Shown here piece by piece: positions 48,301 to 63,300 of a stretch of DNA of 64,000 bases. The notes beneath the pieces are model-generated. The model searched no databases. It was not told the origin of the DNA and saw only the letters and a program-made list of their open reading frames with translations. The number at the start of each line of letters is the position of its first letter. Positions within the stretch are counted from its first letter, which is position 1. The translations under genes were made by a program, and so were the position numbers. The stretch covers positions 3,412,001 to 3,476,000 of the forward strand of contig OZ249436.1 of assembly GCA_965235115.1 (NCBI GenBank), in the 5' to 3' direction. The DNA comes from Laetmonice hystrix (lineage: Eukaryota).

Positions 48301-51300
48301 ACGCCTTTTCTATATCAGATGTCCCATCCCCAAGTAAGAAACAAAGAAAGAAAGAGTACAGAGATTTGCAGGCAAGAAACACCAGGGTGCAGCGCAGCTC
48401 TACTGAAGCGGCGGCAGAGGCGGTGACTGCACTGCCATCTTCCGGCTACCGGTGGAATCACCACGTATACCTGGCCGGGCTGGCGGGCACCTGTGGCTCT
48501 TAGGTTAAAGCAATGAGAAGCGGAAAATGGCTACATTTCTGATACGTCAAATTGAAACTACGCCCCCCAAAGTTATGATTCTTAGGCCAGATGTATAACT
48601 GTCAAACGTATAGGTCTCGTACGTTCGCTACAGATATATGGTTGTGATGTTTATACATGTACTTCCCATTTGAGTATCTTCTCCAGATTTTAACATTAGA
48701 TGCTCCTCGCCAGTACCTTTCATTTCCACTACCTCACTGTAGTGTTTGCATGGCTACTAGGCCAGTCGGTAAGATGTAGGGACTTCTCACTCTACTGGTT
48801 GGCCTCCCACACTGCTTGGCCTTACAGTGTGACTTTACTCTTTGGCCTCACTGTAGTGTTCGCTGGGGTGCTAGGCCAGCCAGTACCTTGTAGCAATTCG
48901 TCACTGTACCGTTGGCCTCCCTGTACCGTTTGCTTGTATACAACAGTAGCCAGTAATATAGGGACGCCTCATGTTTCATGTTTCCATGCCTTTATTGTCC
49001 AGGAGGCAGGCCATACGTTTCGTCTATTATCTACTCCCATCTAATCTATGTCCCCTAGGACCATCTGTAAGCGTGCGAACACGTTGTCAGGTCGTCCCAA
49101 TGACTGTTTGCCGTAAAGGTTTAGTTAACAATGGCAAATGACGTTGTACGCCTTTTCTATATCAGATGTCCCATCCCCAAGTAAGAAACAAAGAAAGAAA
49201 GAGTACAGAGATTTGCAGGCAAGAAACACCAGGGTGCAGCGCAGCTCTACTGAAGCGGCGGCAGAGGCGGTGACTGCACTGCCATCTTCCGGCTACCGGT
49301 GGAATCACCACGTATACCTGGCCGGGCTGGCGGGCACCTGTGGCTCTTAGGTTAAAGCAATGAGAAGCGGAAAATGGCTCCATTTCTGATACGTCAAATT
49401 GAAACTACGCCCCCCAAAGTTCTTAGGCCAGATGTATAACTGTCAAACGTAAAGGTCTCGTACGTTCGCTCCAGATATATGGTTGTGATGTGTATACTTC
49501 CCATTTGAGGATCTTCTACAGATTTTAACATTAGATGCTCCTCGCCTGTACCTTTCATTTCCACTACCTTACTGTAGTGCTTGCATGGCTACTAGGCCAG
49601 TCGGTAAGATGCAGGGACTTCTCACTCTACTCGTTGGCCTCCCACACTGCTTGGCCTCACAGTGTACTGTTTGGCCTGACTTTACTCTTTGGCCTCACTG
49701 TAGTGTTCGCTGGGGTGCTAGGCCAGCCAGTACCTTGTAGCAATTCCTCACTGTACCGTTGGCCTCCCTGTACCGTTTGCTTGTATACAACAGTAGCCAG
49801 TAATATAGGGACGCCTCATGTTTCATGTTTCCATGCCTTTATTGTCCAGGAGGCAGGCCATACGTTTCGTCTATTATCTACTCCCATCTAATCTATGTCC
49901 CCTAGGACCATCTGTAAGCGTGCGAACACGTTGTCAGGTCGTCCCAATGACTGTTTGCCGTAAAGGTTTAGTTAACAATGGCAAATGACGTTGTACGCCT
50001 TTTCTATATCAGATATCCCATCCCCAAGTTAGAAACAAAGAAAGAAAGAGTACAGAGATTTGCAGGCAAGAAACACCAGGGTGCAGCGCAGCTCTACTGA
50101 AGCGGCGGCAGAGGCGGTGACTGCACTGCCATCTTCCGGCTACCGGTGGAATCACCACGTATACCTGGCCGGGCTGGCGGGCACCTGTGGCTCTTAGGTT
50201 AAAGCAATGAGAAGCGAAAAATGGCTACATTTCTGATACGTCAAATTGAAACTACGCCCCCTAAGTTATGATTCTTAGGCCAGATGTATAACTGTCAAAC
50301 GTATAGGTCTCGTACGTTCGCTACAGATATATGGTTGTGATGTGTATACTTCCCATTTGAGTATCTTCTCCAGATTTTAACATTAGATGCTCCTCGCCAG
50401 TACCTTTGATTTCCACTACCTCACTGTAGTGTTTGCATGGCTACTAGGCCAGTCGGTAAGATGTAGGGACTTCTCACTCTACTGGTTGGCCTCCCACACT
50501 GCTTGGCCTCACAGTGTACTGTTTGGCCTGACTTTACTCTTTGGCCTCACTGTAGTGTTCGCTGGGGTGCTAGGCCAGCCAGTACCTTGTAGCGATTTTT
50601 CACTGTACCGTTTGTCCTCCCTGTACCGTTTGCTTGTACACAACAGTAGCCAGTAATATAGGGACGCCTCATGTTTCATGTTTCCATGCCTTTATTGTCC
50701 AGGAGGCAGGCCATACGTTTCATCTATCATCTACTCCCATCTAATCTGTGTCCCCTAGAGACCATCTGTAAGCGTGCGACAACGTTGTCAGGTCGTCCCA
50801 ATGACTGTTTGCCGTAGAAGTTTAGTTAACAATGGCAAATGACGTTGTACGCTTTTTCTATATCAGATATCCCATCCCCAAGTAAGAAACAAACAAAGAA
50901 AGAGTACAGAGATTTGCAGGCAAGAAACACCAGGGTGCAGCGCAGCTCTACTGAAGCGGCGGCAGAGGCGGTGACTGCACTGCCATCTTCCGGCTACCGG
51001 TGGAATCACCACGTATACCTGGCCGGGCTGGCGGGCACCTATGGCTATTAGGTTAAAGCAATGAGAAGCGGAAAATGGCTACATTTCTGATACGTCAAAT
51101 TGAAACTACGCCCCCCAAAGTTATGATTCTTAGGCCAGATGTATAACTGTCAAACGTATAGGTCTCGTACGTTCGCTACAGATATATGGTTGTGATGTGT
51201 ATACTTCCCATTTGAGTATCTTCTCCAGATTTTAACATTAGATGCTCCTCGCCAGTACCTTTGATTTCCACTACCTCACTGTAGTGTTTGCATGGCTACT

Positions 51301-54300
51301 AGGCCAGTCGGTAAGATGTAGGGACTTCTCACTCTACTGGTTGGCCTCCCACACTGCTTGGCCTCACAGTGTACTGTTTGGCCTGACTTTACTCTTTGGC
51401 CTCACTGTAGTGTTCGCTGGGGTGCTAGGCCAGCCAGTACCTTGTAGCAATTCGTCACTGTACCGTTGGCCTCCCTGTACCGTTTGCTTGTATACAACAG
51501 TAGCCAGTAATATAGGGACGCCTCATGTTTCATGTTTCCATGCCTTTATTGTCCAGGAGGCAGGCCATACGTTTCGTCTATTATCTACTCCCATCTAATC
51601 TATGTCCCCTAGGACCATCTGTAAGCGTGCGAACACGTTGTCAGGTCGTCCCAATGACTGTTTGCCGTAAAGGTTTAGTTAACAATGGCAAATGACGTTG
51701 TACGCCTTTTCTATATCAGATGTCCCATCCCCAAGTAAGAAACAAAGAAAGAAAGAGTACAGAGATTTGCAGGCAAGAAACACCAGGGTGCAGCGCAGCT
51801 CTACTGAAGCGGCGGCAGAGGCGGTGACTGCACTGCCATCTTCCGGCTACCGGTGGAATCACCACGTATACCTGGCCGGGCTGGCGGGCACCTGTGGCTC
51901 TTAGGTTAAAGCAATGAGAAGCGGAAAATGGCTACATTTCTGATACGTCAAATTGAAACTACGCCCCCCAAAGTTATGATTCTTAGGCCAGATGTATAAC
52001 TGTCAAACGTATAGGTCTCGTACGTTCGCTACAGATATATGGTTGTGATGTTTATACATGTACTTCCCATTTGAGTATCTTCTCCAGATTTTAACATTAG
52101 ATGCTCCTCGCCAGTACCTTTCATTTCCACTACCTCACTGTAGTGTTTGCATGGCTACTAGGCCAGTCGGTAAGATGTAGGGACTTCTCACTCTACTGGT
52201 TGGCCTCCCACACTGCTTGGCCTTACAGTGTGACTTTACTCTTTGGCCTCACTGTAGTGTTCGCTGGGGTGCTAGGCCAGCCAGTACCTTGTATCAATTC
52301 GTCACTGTACCGTTGGCCTCCCTGTACCGTTTGCTTGTATACAACAGTAGCCAGTAATATAGGGACGCCTCATGTTTCATGTTTCCATGCCTTTATTGTC
52401 CAGGAGGCAGGCCATACGTTTCGTCTATTATCTACTCCCATCTAATCTATGTCCCCTAGGACCATCTGTAAGCGTGCGAACACGTTGTCAGGTCGTCCCA
52501 ATGACTGTTTGCCGTAAAGGTTTAGTTAACAATGGCAAATGACGTTGTACGCCTTTTCTATATCAGATGTCCCATCCCCAAGTAAGAAACAAAGAAAGAA
52601 AGAGTACAGAGATTTGCAGGCAAGAAACACCAGGGTGCAGCGCAGCTCTACTGAAGCGGCGGCAGAGGCGGTGACTGCACTGCCATCTTCCGGCTACCGG
52701 TGGAATCACCACGTATACCTGGCCGGGCTGGCGGGCACCTGTGGCTCTTAGGTTAAAGCAATGAGAAGCGGAAAATGGCTACATTTCTGATACGTCAAAT
52801 TGAAACTACGCCCCCCAAAGTTATGATTCTTAGGCCAGATGTATAACTGTCAAACGTATAGGTCTCGTACGTTCGCTACAGATATATGGTTGTGATGTTT
52901 ATACATGTACTTCCCATTTGAGTATCTTCTCCAGATTTTAACATTAGATGCTCCTCGCCAGTACCTTTCATTTCCACTACCTCACTGTAGTGTTTGCATG
53001 GCTACTAGGCCAGTCGGTAAGATGTAGGGACTTCTCACTCTACTGGTTGGCCTCCCACACTGCTTGGCCTTACAGTGTGACTTTACTCTTTGGCCTCACT
53101 GTAGTGTTCGCTGGGGTGCTAGGCCAGCCAGTACCTTGTAGCAATTCGTCACTGTACCGTTGGCCTCCCTGTACCGTTTGCTTGTATACAACAGTAGCCA
53201 GTAATATAGGGACGCCTCATGTTTCATGTTTCCATGCCTTTATTGTCCAGGAGGCAGGCCATACGTTTCGTCTATTATCTACTCCCATCTAATCTATGTC
53301 CCCTAGGACCATCTGTAAGCGTGCGAACACGTTGTCAGGTCGTCCCAATGACTGTTTGCCGTAAAGGTTTAGTTAACAATGGCAAATGACGTTGTACGCC
53401 TTTTCTATATCAGATGTCCCATCCCCAAGTAAGAAACAAAGAAAGAAAGAGTACAGAGATTTGCAGGCAAGAAACACCAGGGTGCAGCGCAGCTCTACTG
53501 AAGCGGCGGCAGAGGCGGTGACTGCACTGCCATCTTCCGGCTACCGGTGGAATCACCACGTATACCTGGCCGGGCTGGCGGGCACCTGTGGCTCTTAGGT
53601 TAAAGCAATGAGAAGCGGAAAATGGCTACATTTCTGATACGTCAAATTGAAACTACGCCCCCCAAAGTTATGATTCTTAGGCCAGATGTATAACTGTCAA
53701 ACGTATAGGTCTCGTACGTTCGCTACAGATATATGGTTGTGATGTTTATACATGTACTTCCCATTTGAGTATCTTCTCCAGATTTTAACATTAGATGCTC
53801 CTCGCCAGTACCTTTCAGTTCCACTACCTCACTGTAGTGTTTGCATGGCTACTAGGCCAGTCGGTAAGATGTAGGGACTTCTCACTCTACTGGTTGGCCT
53901 CCCACACTGCTTGGCCTTACAGTGTGACTTTACTCTTTGGCCTCACTGTAGTGTTCGCTGGGGTGCTAGGCCAGCCAGTACCTTGTAGCAATTCGTCACT
54001 GTACCGTTGGCCTCCCTGTACCGTTTGCTTGTATACAACAGTAGCCAGTAATATAGGGACGCCTCATGTTTCATGTTTCCATGCCTTTATTGTCCAGGAG
54101 GCAGGCCATACGTTTCGTCTATTATCTACTCCCATCTAATCTATGTCCCCTAGGACCATCTGTAAGCGTGCGAACACGTTGTCAGGTCGTCCCAATGACT
54201 GTTTGCCGTAAAGGTTTAGTTAACAATGGCAAATGACGTTGTACGCCTTTTCTATATCAGATGTCCCATCCCCAAGTAAGAAACAAAGAAAGAAAGAGTA

Positions 54301-57300
54301 CAGAGATTTGCAGGCAAGAAACACCAGGGTGCAGCGCAGCTCTACTGAAGCGGCGGCAGAGGCGTTGACTGCACTGCCATCTTCCGGCTACCGGTGGAAT
54401 CACCACGTATACCTGGCCGGGCTGGCGGGCACCTGTGGCTCTTAGGTTAAAGCAATAAGAAGCGGAAAATGGCTACATTTCTGATACGTCAAATTGAAAC
54501 TACGCCCCCAAGGTTATGATTCTTAGGCCAGATGTATAACTGTCAAACGTATAGGTCTCGTACGTTCGCTACAGATATATGGTTGTGATGTGTATACTTC
54601 CCATTTGAGTATCTTCTCCAGATTTTAACATTAGATGCTCCTCGCCAGTACCTTTGATTTCCACTACCTCACTGTAGTGTTTGCATGGCTACTAGGCCAG
54701 TCGGTAAGATGTAGGGACTTCTCACTCTACTGGTTGGCCTCCCACACTGCTTGGCCTTACAGTGTGACTTTACTCTTTGGCCTCACTGTAGTTTTCGCTG
54801 GGGTGCTAGGCCAGCCAGTACCTTGTAGCAATTCCTCACTGTACCGTTGGCCTCCCTGTACCGTTTGCTTGTATACAACAGTAGCCAGTAATATAGGGAC
54901 GCCTCATGTTTTATGTTTCCATGCCTTTATTGTCCAGGAGGAAGGCCATACGTTTCGTCTATTATCTACTCCCATCTAATCTATGTCCCCTAGGACCATC
55001 TGTAAGCGTGCGAACACGTTGTCAGGTCGTCCCAATGACTGTTTGCCGTAAAGGTTTAGTTAACAATGGCAAATGACGTTGTACGCCTTTTCTATATCAG
55101 ATGTCCCATCCCCAAGTAAGAAACAAAGAAAGAAAGAGTACAGAGATTTGCAGGCAAGAAACACCAGGGTGCAGCGCAGCTCTACTGAAGCGGCGGCAGA
55201 GGCGGTGACTGCACTGCCATCTTCCGGCTACCGGTGGAATCACCACGTATACCTGGCCGGGCTGGCGGGCACCTGTGGCTCTTAGGTTAAAGCAATGAGA
55301 AGCGGAAAATGGCTACATTTCTGATACGTCAAATTGAAACTACGCCCCCCAAAGTTATGATTCTTAGGCCAGATGTATAACTGTCAAACGTATAGGTCTC
55401 GTACGTTCGCTACAGATATATGGTTGTGATGTGTATACTTACCATTTGAGTATCTTCTCCAGATTTTACCATTAGATGCTCCTCGCCAGTACCTTTGATT
55501 TCCACTACCTCACTATAGTGTTTGCATGGCTACTAGGCCAGTCGGTAAGATGTAGGGACTTCTCACTCTACTGGTTGGCCTCCCACACTGCTTGGCCTCA
55601 CAGTGTACTGTTTGGCCTGACTTTACTCTTTGGCCTCACTGTAGTGTTCGCTGGGCTGCTAGGCCAGCCAGTACCTTGTAGCGATTTCTCACTGTACCGT
55701 TTGTCCTCCCTGTACCGTTTGCTTGTACACAACAGTAGCCAGTAATATAGGGACGCCTCATGTTTCATGTTTCCATGCCTTTATTGTCCAGGAGGCAGGC
55801 CATACGTTTCATCTATCATCTACTCCCATCTAATCTGTGTCCCCTAGAGACCATCTGTAAGCGTGCGACAACGTTGTCAGGTCGTCCCAATGACTGTTTG
55901 CCGTAGAAGTTTAGTTAACAATGGCAAATGACGTTGTACGCCTTTTCTATATCAGATATCCCATCCCCAAGTAAGAAACAAACAAAGAAAGAGTACAGAG
56001 ATTTGCAGGCAAGAAACACCAGGGTGCAGCGCAGCTCTACTGAAGCGGCGGCAGAGGCGGTGACTGCACTGCCATCTTCCGGCTACCGGTGGAATCACCA
56101 CGTATACCTGGCCGGGCTGGCGGGCACCTATGGCTATTAGGTTAAAGCAATGAGAAGCGGAAAATGGCTCCATTTCTGATACGTCAAATTGAAACTACGC
56201 CCCCCAAAGTTCTTAGGCCAGATGTATAACTGTCAAACGTAAAGGTCTTGTACGTTCGCTCCAGATATATGGTTGTGATGTGTATACTTCCCATTTGAGG
56301 ATCTTCTACAGATTTTAACATTAGATGCTCCTCGCCTGTACCTTTCATTTCCACTACCTTACTGTAGTGCTTGCATGGCTACTAGGCCAGTCGGTAAGAT
56401 GCAGGGACTTCTCACTCTACTCGTTGGTCTCCCACACTGATTGGCCTCACAGTGTACTGTTTGGCCTGACTTTACTCTTTGGCCTCACTGTAGTGTTCGC
56501 TGGGGTGCTAGGCCAGCCAGTACCTTGTAGCAATTCCTCACTGTACCGTTGGCCTCCCTGTACCGTTTGCTTGTATACAACAGTAGCCAGTAATATAGGG
56601 ACGCCTCATGTTTCATGTTTCCATGCCTTTATTGTCCAGGAGGCAGGCCATACGTTTCGTCTATTATCTACTCCCATCTAATCTATGTCCCCTAGGACCA
56701 TCTGTAAGCGTGCGAACACGTTGTCAGGTCGTCCCAATGACTGTTTGCCGTAAAGGTTTAGTTAACAATGGCAAATGACGTTGTACGCCTTTTCTATATC
56801 AGATATCCCATCCCCAAGTAAGAAACAAACAAAGAAAGAGTACAGAGATTTGCAGGCAAGAAACACCAGGGTGCAGCGCAGCTCTACTGAAGCGGCGGCA
56901 GAGGCGGTGACTGCACTGCCATCTTCCGGCTACCGGTGGAATCACCACGTATACCTGGCCGGGCTGGCGGGCACCTGTGGCTCTTAGGTTAAAGCAATGA
57001 GAAGCGAAAAATGGCTACATTTCTGATACGTCAAATTGAAACTACGCCCCCCAAAGTTATGATTCTTAGGCCAGATGTATAACTGTCAAACGTATAGGTC
57101 TCGTACGTTCGCTACAGATATATGGTTGTGATGTGTATACTTCCCATTTGAGTATCTTCTCCAGATTTTAACATTAGATGCTCCTCGCCAGTACCTTTCA
57201 TTTCAACTACCTCACTGTAGTGTTTGCATGGCTACTAGGCCAGTCGGTAAGATGTAGGGACTTCTCACTCTACTGGTTGGCCTCCCACACTGCTTGGCCT

Positions 57301-60300
57301 CACAGTGTACTGTTTGGCCTGACTTTACTCTTTGGCCTCACTGTAGTGTTCGCTGGGGTGCTAGGCCAGCCAGTACCTTGTAGCGATTTTTCACTGTACC
57401 GTTGGCCTCCCTGTACCGTTTGCTTGTACACAACAGTAGCCAGTAATATAGGGACGCCTCATGTTTCATGTTTCCATGCCTTTATTGTCCAGGAGGCAGG
57501 CCATACGTTTCATCTATCATCTACTCCCATCTAATCTGTGTCCCCTAGAGACCATCTGTAAGCGTGCGACAACGTTGTCAGGTCGTCCCAATGACTGTTT
57601 GCCGTAGAAGTTTAGTTAACAATGGCAAATGACGTTGTACGCTTTTTCTATATCAGATATCCCATCCCCAAGTAAGAAACAAACAAAGAAAGAGTACAGA
57701 GATTTGCAGGCAAGAAACACCAGGGTGCAGCGCAGCTCTACTGAAGCGGCGGCAGAGGCGGTGACTGCACTGCCATCTACCGGCTACCGGTGGAATCACC
57801 ACGTATACCTGGCCGGGCTGGCGGGCACCTATGGCTATTAGGTTAAAGCAATGAGAAGCGGAAAATGGCTACATTTCTGATACGTCAAATTGAAACTACG
57901 CCCCCCAAAGTTATGATTCTTAGGCCAGATGTATAACTGTCAAACGTATAGGTCTCGTACGTTCGCTACAGATATATGGTTGTGATGTGTATACTTCCCA
58001 TTTGAGTATCTTCTCCAGATTTTAACATTAGATGCTCCTCGCCAGTACCTTTGATTTCCACTACCTCACTGTAGTGTTTGCATGGCTACTAGGCCAGTCG
58101 GTAAGATGTAGGGACTTCTCACTCTACTGGTTGGCCTCCCACACTGCTTGGCCTCACAGTGTACTGTTTGGCCTGACTTTACTCTTTGGCCTCACTGTAG
58201 TGTTCGCTGGAGTGCTAGGCCAGCCAGTACCTTGTAGCAATTCCTCACTGTACCGTTGGCCTCCCTGTACCGTTTGCTTGTATACAACAGTAGCCAGTAA
58301 TATAGGGACGCCTCATGTTTCATGTTTCCATGCCTTTATTGTCCAGGAGGCAGGCCATACGTTTCATCTATCATCTACTCCCATCTAATCTGTGTCCCCT
58401 AGAGACCATCTGTAAGCGTGCGACAACGTTGTCAGGTCGTCCCAATGACTGTTTGCCGTAGAAGTTTAGTTAACAATGGCAAATGACGTTGTACGCTTTT
58501 TCTATATCAGATATCCCATCCCCAAGTAAGAAACAAACAAAGAAAGAGTACAGAGATTTGCAGGCAAGAAACACCAGGGTGCAGCGCAGCTCTACTGAAG
58601 CGGCGGCAGAGGCGGTGACTGCACTGCCATCTACCGGCTACCGGTGGAATCACCACGTATACCTGGCCGGGCTGGCGGGCACCTATGGCTATTAGGTTAA
58701 AGCAATGAGAAGCGGAAAATGGCTACATTTCTGATACGTCAAATTGAAACTACGCCCCCCAAAGTTATGATTCTTAGGCCAGATGTATAACTGTCAAACG
58801 TATAGGTCTCGTACGTTCGCTACAGATATATGGTTGTGATGTGTATACTTCCCATTTGAGTATCTTCTCCAGATTTTAACATTAGATGCTCCTCGCCAGT
58901 ACCTTTGATTTCCACTACCTCACTGTAGTGTTTGCATGGCTACTAGGCCAGTCGGTAAGATGTAGGGACTTCTCACTCTACTGGTTGGCCTCCCACACTG
59001 CTTGGCCTCACAGTGTACTGTTTGGCCTGACTTTACTCTTTGGCCTCACTGTAGTGTTCGCTGGGGTGCTAGGCCAGCCAGTACCTTGTAGCAATTCCTC
59101 ACTGTACCGTTGGCCTCCCTGTACCGTTTGCTTGTATACAACAGTAGCCAGTAATATAGGGACGCCTCATGTTTCATGTTTCCATGCCTTTATTGTCCAG
59201 GAGGCAGGCCATACGTTTCATCTATCATCTACTCCCATCTAATCTGTGTCCCCTAGAGACCATCTGTAAGCGTGCGACAACGTTGTCAGGTCGTCCCAAT
59301 GACTGTTTGCCGTAGAAGTTTAGTTAACAATGGCAAATGACGTTGTACGCTTTTTCTATATCAGATATCCCATCCCCAAGTAAGAAACAAACAAAGAAAG
59401 AGTACAGAGATTTGCAGGCAAGAAACACCAGGGTGCAGCGCAGCTCTACTGAAGCGGCGGCAGAGGCGGTGACTGCACTGCCATCTACCGGCTACCGGTG
59501 GAATCACCACGTATACCTGGCCGGGCTGGCGGGCACCTATGGCTATTAGGTTAAAGCAATGAGAAGCGGAAAATGGCTACATTTCTGATACGTCAAATTG
59601 AAACTACGCCCCCCAAAGTTATGATTCTTAGGCCAGATGTATAACTGTCAAACGTATAGGTCTCGTACGTTCGCTACAGATATATGGTTGTGATGTGTAT
59701 ACTTCCCATTTGAGTATCTTCTCCAGATTTTAACATTAGATGCTCCTCGCCAGTACCTTTGATTTCCACTACCTCACTGTAGTGTTTGCATGGCTACTAG
59801 GCCAGTCGGTAAGATGTAGGGACTTCTCACTCTACTGGTTGGCCTCCCACACTGCTTGGCCTCACAGTGTACTGTTTGGCCTGACTTTACTCTTTGGCCT
59901 CACTGTAGTGTTCGCTGGGGTGCTAGGCCAGCCAGTACCTTGTAGCAATTCCTCACTGTACCGTTGGCCTCCCTGTACCGTTTGCTTGTATACAACAGTA
60001 GCCAGTAATATAGGGACGCCTCATGTTTCATGTTTCCATGCCTTTATTGTCCAGGAGGCAGGCCATACGTTTCGTCTATTATCTACTCCCATCTAATCTA
60101 TGTCCCCTAGGACCATCTGTAAGCGTGCGAACACGTTGTCAGGTCGTCCCAATGACTGTTTGCCGTAAAGGTTTAGTTAACAATGGCAAATGACGTTGTA
60201 CGCCTTTTCTATATCAGATGTCCCATCCCCAAGTAAGAAACAAAGAAAGAAAGAGTACAGAGATTTGCAGGCAAGAAACACCAGGGGCAGCGCAGCTCTA

Positions 60301-63300
60301 CTGAAGCGGCGGCAGAGGCGGTGACTGCACTGCCATCTTCCGGCTACCGGTGGAATCACCACGTATACCTGGCCGGGCTGGCGGGCACCTGTGGCTCTTA
60401 GGTTAAAGCAATGAGAAGCGGAAAATGGCTCCATTTCTGATACGTCAAATTGAAACTACGCCCCCCAAAGTTCTTAGGCCAGATGTATAACTGTCAAACG
60501 TAAAGGTCTCGTACGTTCGCTCCAGATATATGGTTGTGATGTGTATACTTCCCATTTGAGGATCTTCTACAGATTTTAACATTAGATGCTCCTCGCCTGT
60601 ACCTTTCATTTCCACTACCTTACTGTAGTGCTTGCATGGCTACTAGGCCAGTCGGTAAGATGCAGGGACTTCTCACTCTACTCGTTGGCCTCCCACACTG
60701 CTTGGCCTCACAGTGTACTGTTTGGCCTGACTTTACTCTTTGGCCTCACTGTAGTGTTCGCTGGGGTGCTAGGCCAGCCAGTACCTTGTAGCAATTCCTC
60801 ACTGTACCGTTGGCCTCCCTGTACCGTTTGCTTGTATACAACAGTAGCCAGTAATATAGGGACGCCTCATGTTTCATGTTTCCATGCCTTTATTGTCCAG
60901 GAGGCAGGCCATACGTTTCGTCTATTATCTACTCCCATCTAATCTATGTCCCCTAGGACCATCTGTAAGCGTGCGAACACGTTGTCAGGTCGTCCCAATG
61001 ACTGTTTGCCGTAAAGGTTTAGTTAACAATGGCAAATGACGTTGTACGCCTTTTCTATATCAGATATCCCATCCCCAAGTAAGAAACAAAGAAAGAAAGA
61101 GTACAGAGATTTGCAGGCAAGAAACACCAGGGTGCAGCGCAGCTCTACTGAAGCGGCGGCAGAGGCGGTGACTGCACTGCCATCTTCCGGCTACCGGTGG
61201 AATCACCACGTATACCTGGCCGGGCTGGCGGGCACCTGTGGCTCTTAGGTTAAAGCAATGAGAAGCGGAAAATGGCTACATTTCTGATACGTCAAATTGA
61301 AACTACGCCCCCCAAAGTTATGATTCTTAGGCCAGATGTATAACTGTCAAACGTATAGGTCTCGTACGTTCGCTACAGATATATGGTTGTGATGTGTATA
61401 CTTCCCATTTGAGTATCTTCTCCAGATTTTAACATTAGATGCTCCTCGCCAGTACCTTTGATTTCCACTACCTCACTGTAGTGTTTGCATGGCTACTAGG
61501 CCAGTCGGTAAGATGTAGGGACTTCTCACTCTACTGGTTGGCCTCCCACACTGCTTGGCCTCACAGTGTACTGTTTGGCCTGACTTTACTCTTTGGCCTC
61601 ACTGTAGTGTTCGCTGGGGTGCTAGGCCAGCCAGTACCTTGTAGCAATTCCTCACTGTACCGTTGGCCTCCCTGTACCGTTTGCTTGTATACAACAGTAG
61701 CCAGTAATATAGGGACGCCTCATGTTTCATGTTTCCATGCCTTTATTGTCCAGGAGGCAGGCCATACGTTTCGTCTATTATCTACTCCCATCTAATCTAT
61801 GTCCCCTAGGACCATCTGTAAGCGTGCGAACACGTTGTCAGGTCGTCCCAATGACTGTTTGCCGTAAAGGTTTAGTTAACAATGGCAAATGACGTTGTAC
61901 GCCTTTTCTATATCAGATGTCCCATCCCCAAGTAAGAAACAAAGAAAGAAAGAGTACAGAGATTTGCAGGCAAGAAACACCAGGGGCAGCGCAGCTCTAC
62001 TGAAGCGGCGGCAGAGGCGGTGACTGCACTGCCATCTTCCGGCTACCGGTGGAATCACCACGTATACCTGGCCGGGCTGGCGGGCACCTGTGGCTCTTAG
62101 GTTAAAGCAATGAGAAGCGGAAAATGGCTCCATTTCTGATACGTCAAATTGAAACTACGCCCCCCAAAGTTCTTAGGCCAGATGTATAACTGTCAAACGT
62201 AAAGGTCTCGTACGTTCGCTCCAGATATATGGTTGTGATGTGTATACTTCCCATTTGAGGATCTTCTACAGATTTTAACATTAGATGCTCCTCGCCTGTA
62301 CCTTTCATTTCCACTACCTTACTGTAGTGCTTGCATGGCTACTAGGCCAGTCGGTAAGATGCAGGGACTTCTCACTCTACTCGTTGGCCTCCCACACTGC
62401 TTGGCCTCACAGTGTACTGTTTGGCCTGACTTTACTCTTTGGCCTCACTGTAGTGTTCGCTGGGGTGCTAGGCCAGCCAGTACCTTGTAGCAATTCCTCA
62501 CTGTACCGTTGGCCTCCCTGTACCGTTTGCTTGTATACAACAGTAGCCAGTAATATAGGGACGCCTCATGTTTCATGTTTCCATGCCTTTATTGTCCAGG
62601 AGGCAGGCCATACGTTTCGTCTATTATCTACTCCCATCTAATCTATGTCCCCTAGGACCATCTGTAAGCGTGCGAACACGTTGTCAGGTCGTCCCAATGA
62701 CTGTTTGCCGTAAAGGTTTAGTTAACAATGGCAAATGACGTTGTACGCCTTTTCTATATCAGATATCCCATCCCCAAGTAAGAAACAAAGAAAGAAAGAG
62801 TACAGAGATTTGCAGGCAAGAAACACCAGGGTGCAGCGCAGCTCTACTGAAGCGGCGGCAGAGGCGGTGACTGCACTGCCATCTTCCGGCTACCGGTGGA
62901 ATCACCACGTATACCTGGCCGGGCTGGCGGGCACCTGTGGCTCTTAGGTTAAAGCAATGAGAAGCGAAAAATGGCTACATTTCTGATACGTCAAATTGAA
63001 ACTACGCCCCCCAAAGTTATGATTCTTAGGCCAGATGTATAACTGTCAAACGTATAGGTCTCGTACGTTCGCTACAGATATATGGTTGTGATGTGTATAC
63101 TTCCCATTTGAGTATCTTCTCCAGATTTTAACATTAGATGCTCCTCGCCAGTACCTTTGATTTCCACTACCTCACTGTAGTGTTTGCATGGCTACTAGGC
63201 CAGTCGGTAAGATGTAGGGACTTCTCACTCTACTGGTTGGCCTCCCACACTGCTTGGCCTCACAGTGTACTGTTTGGCCTGACTTTACTCTTTGGCCTCA

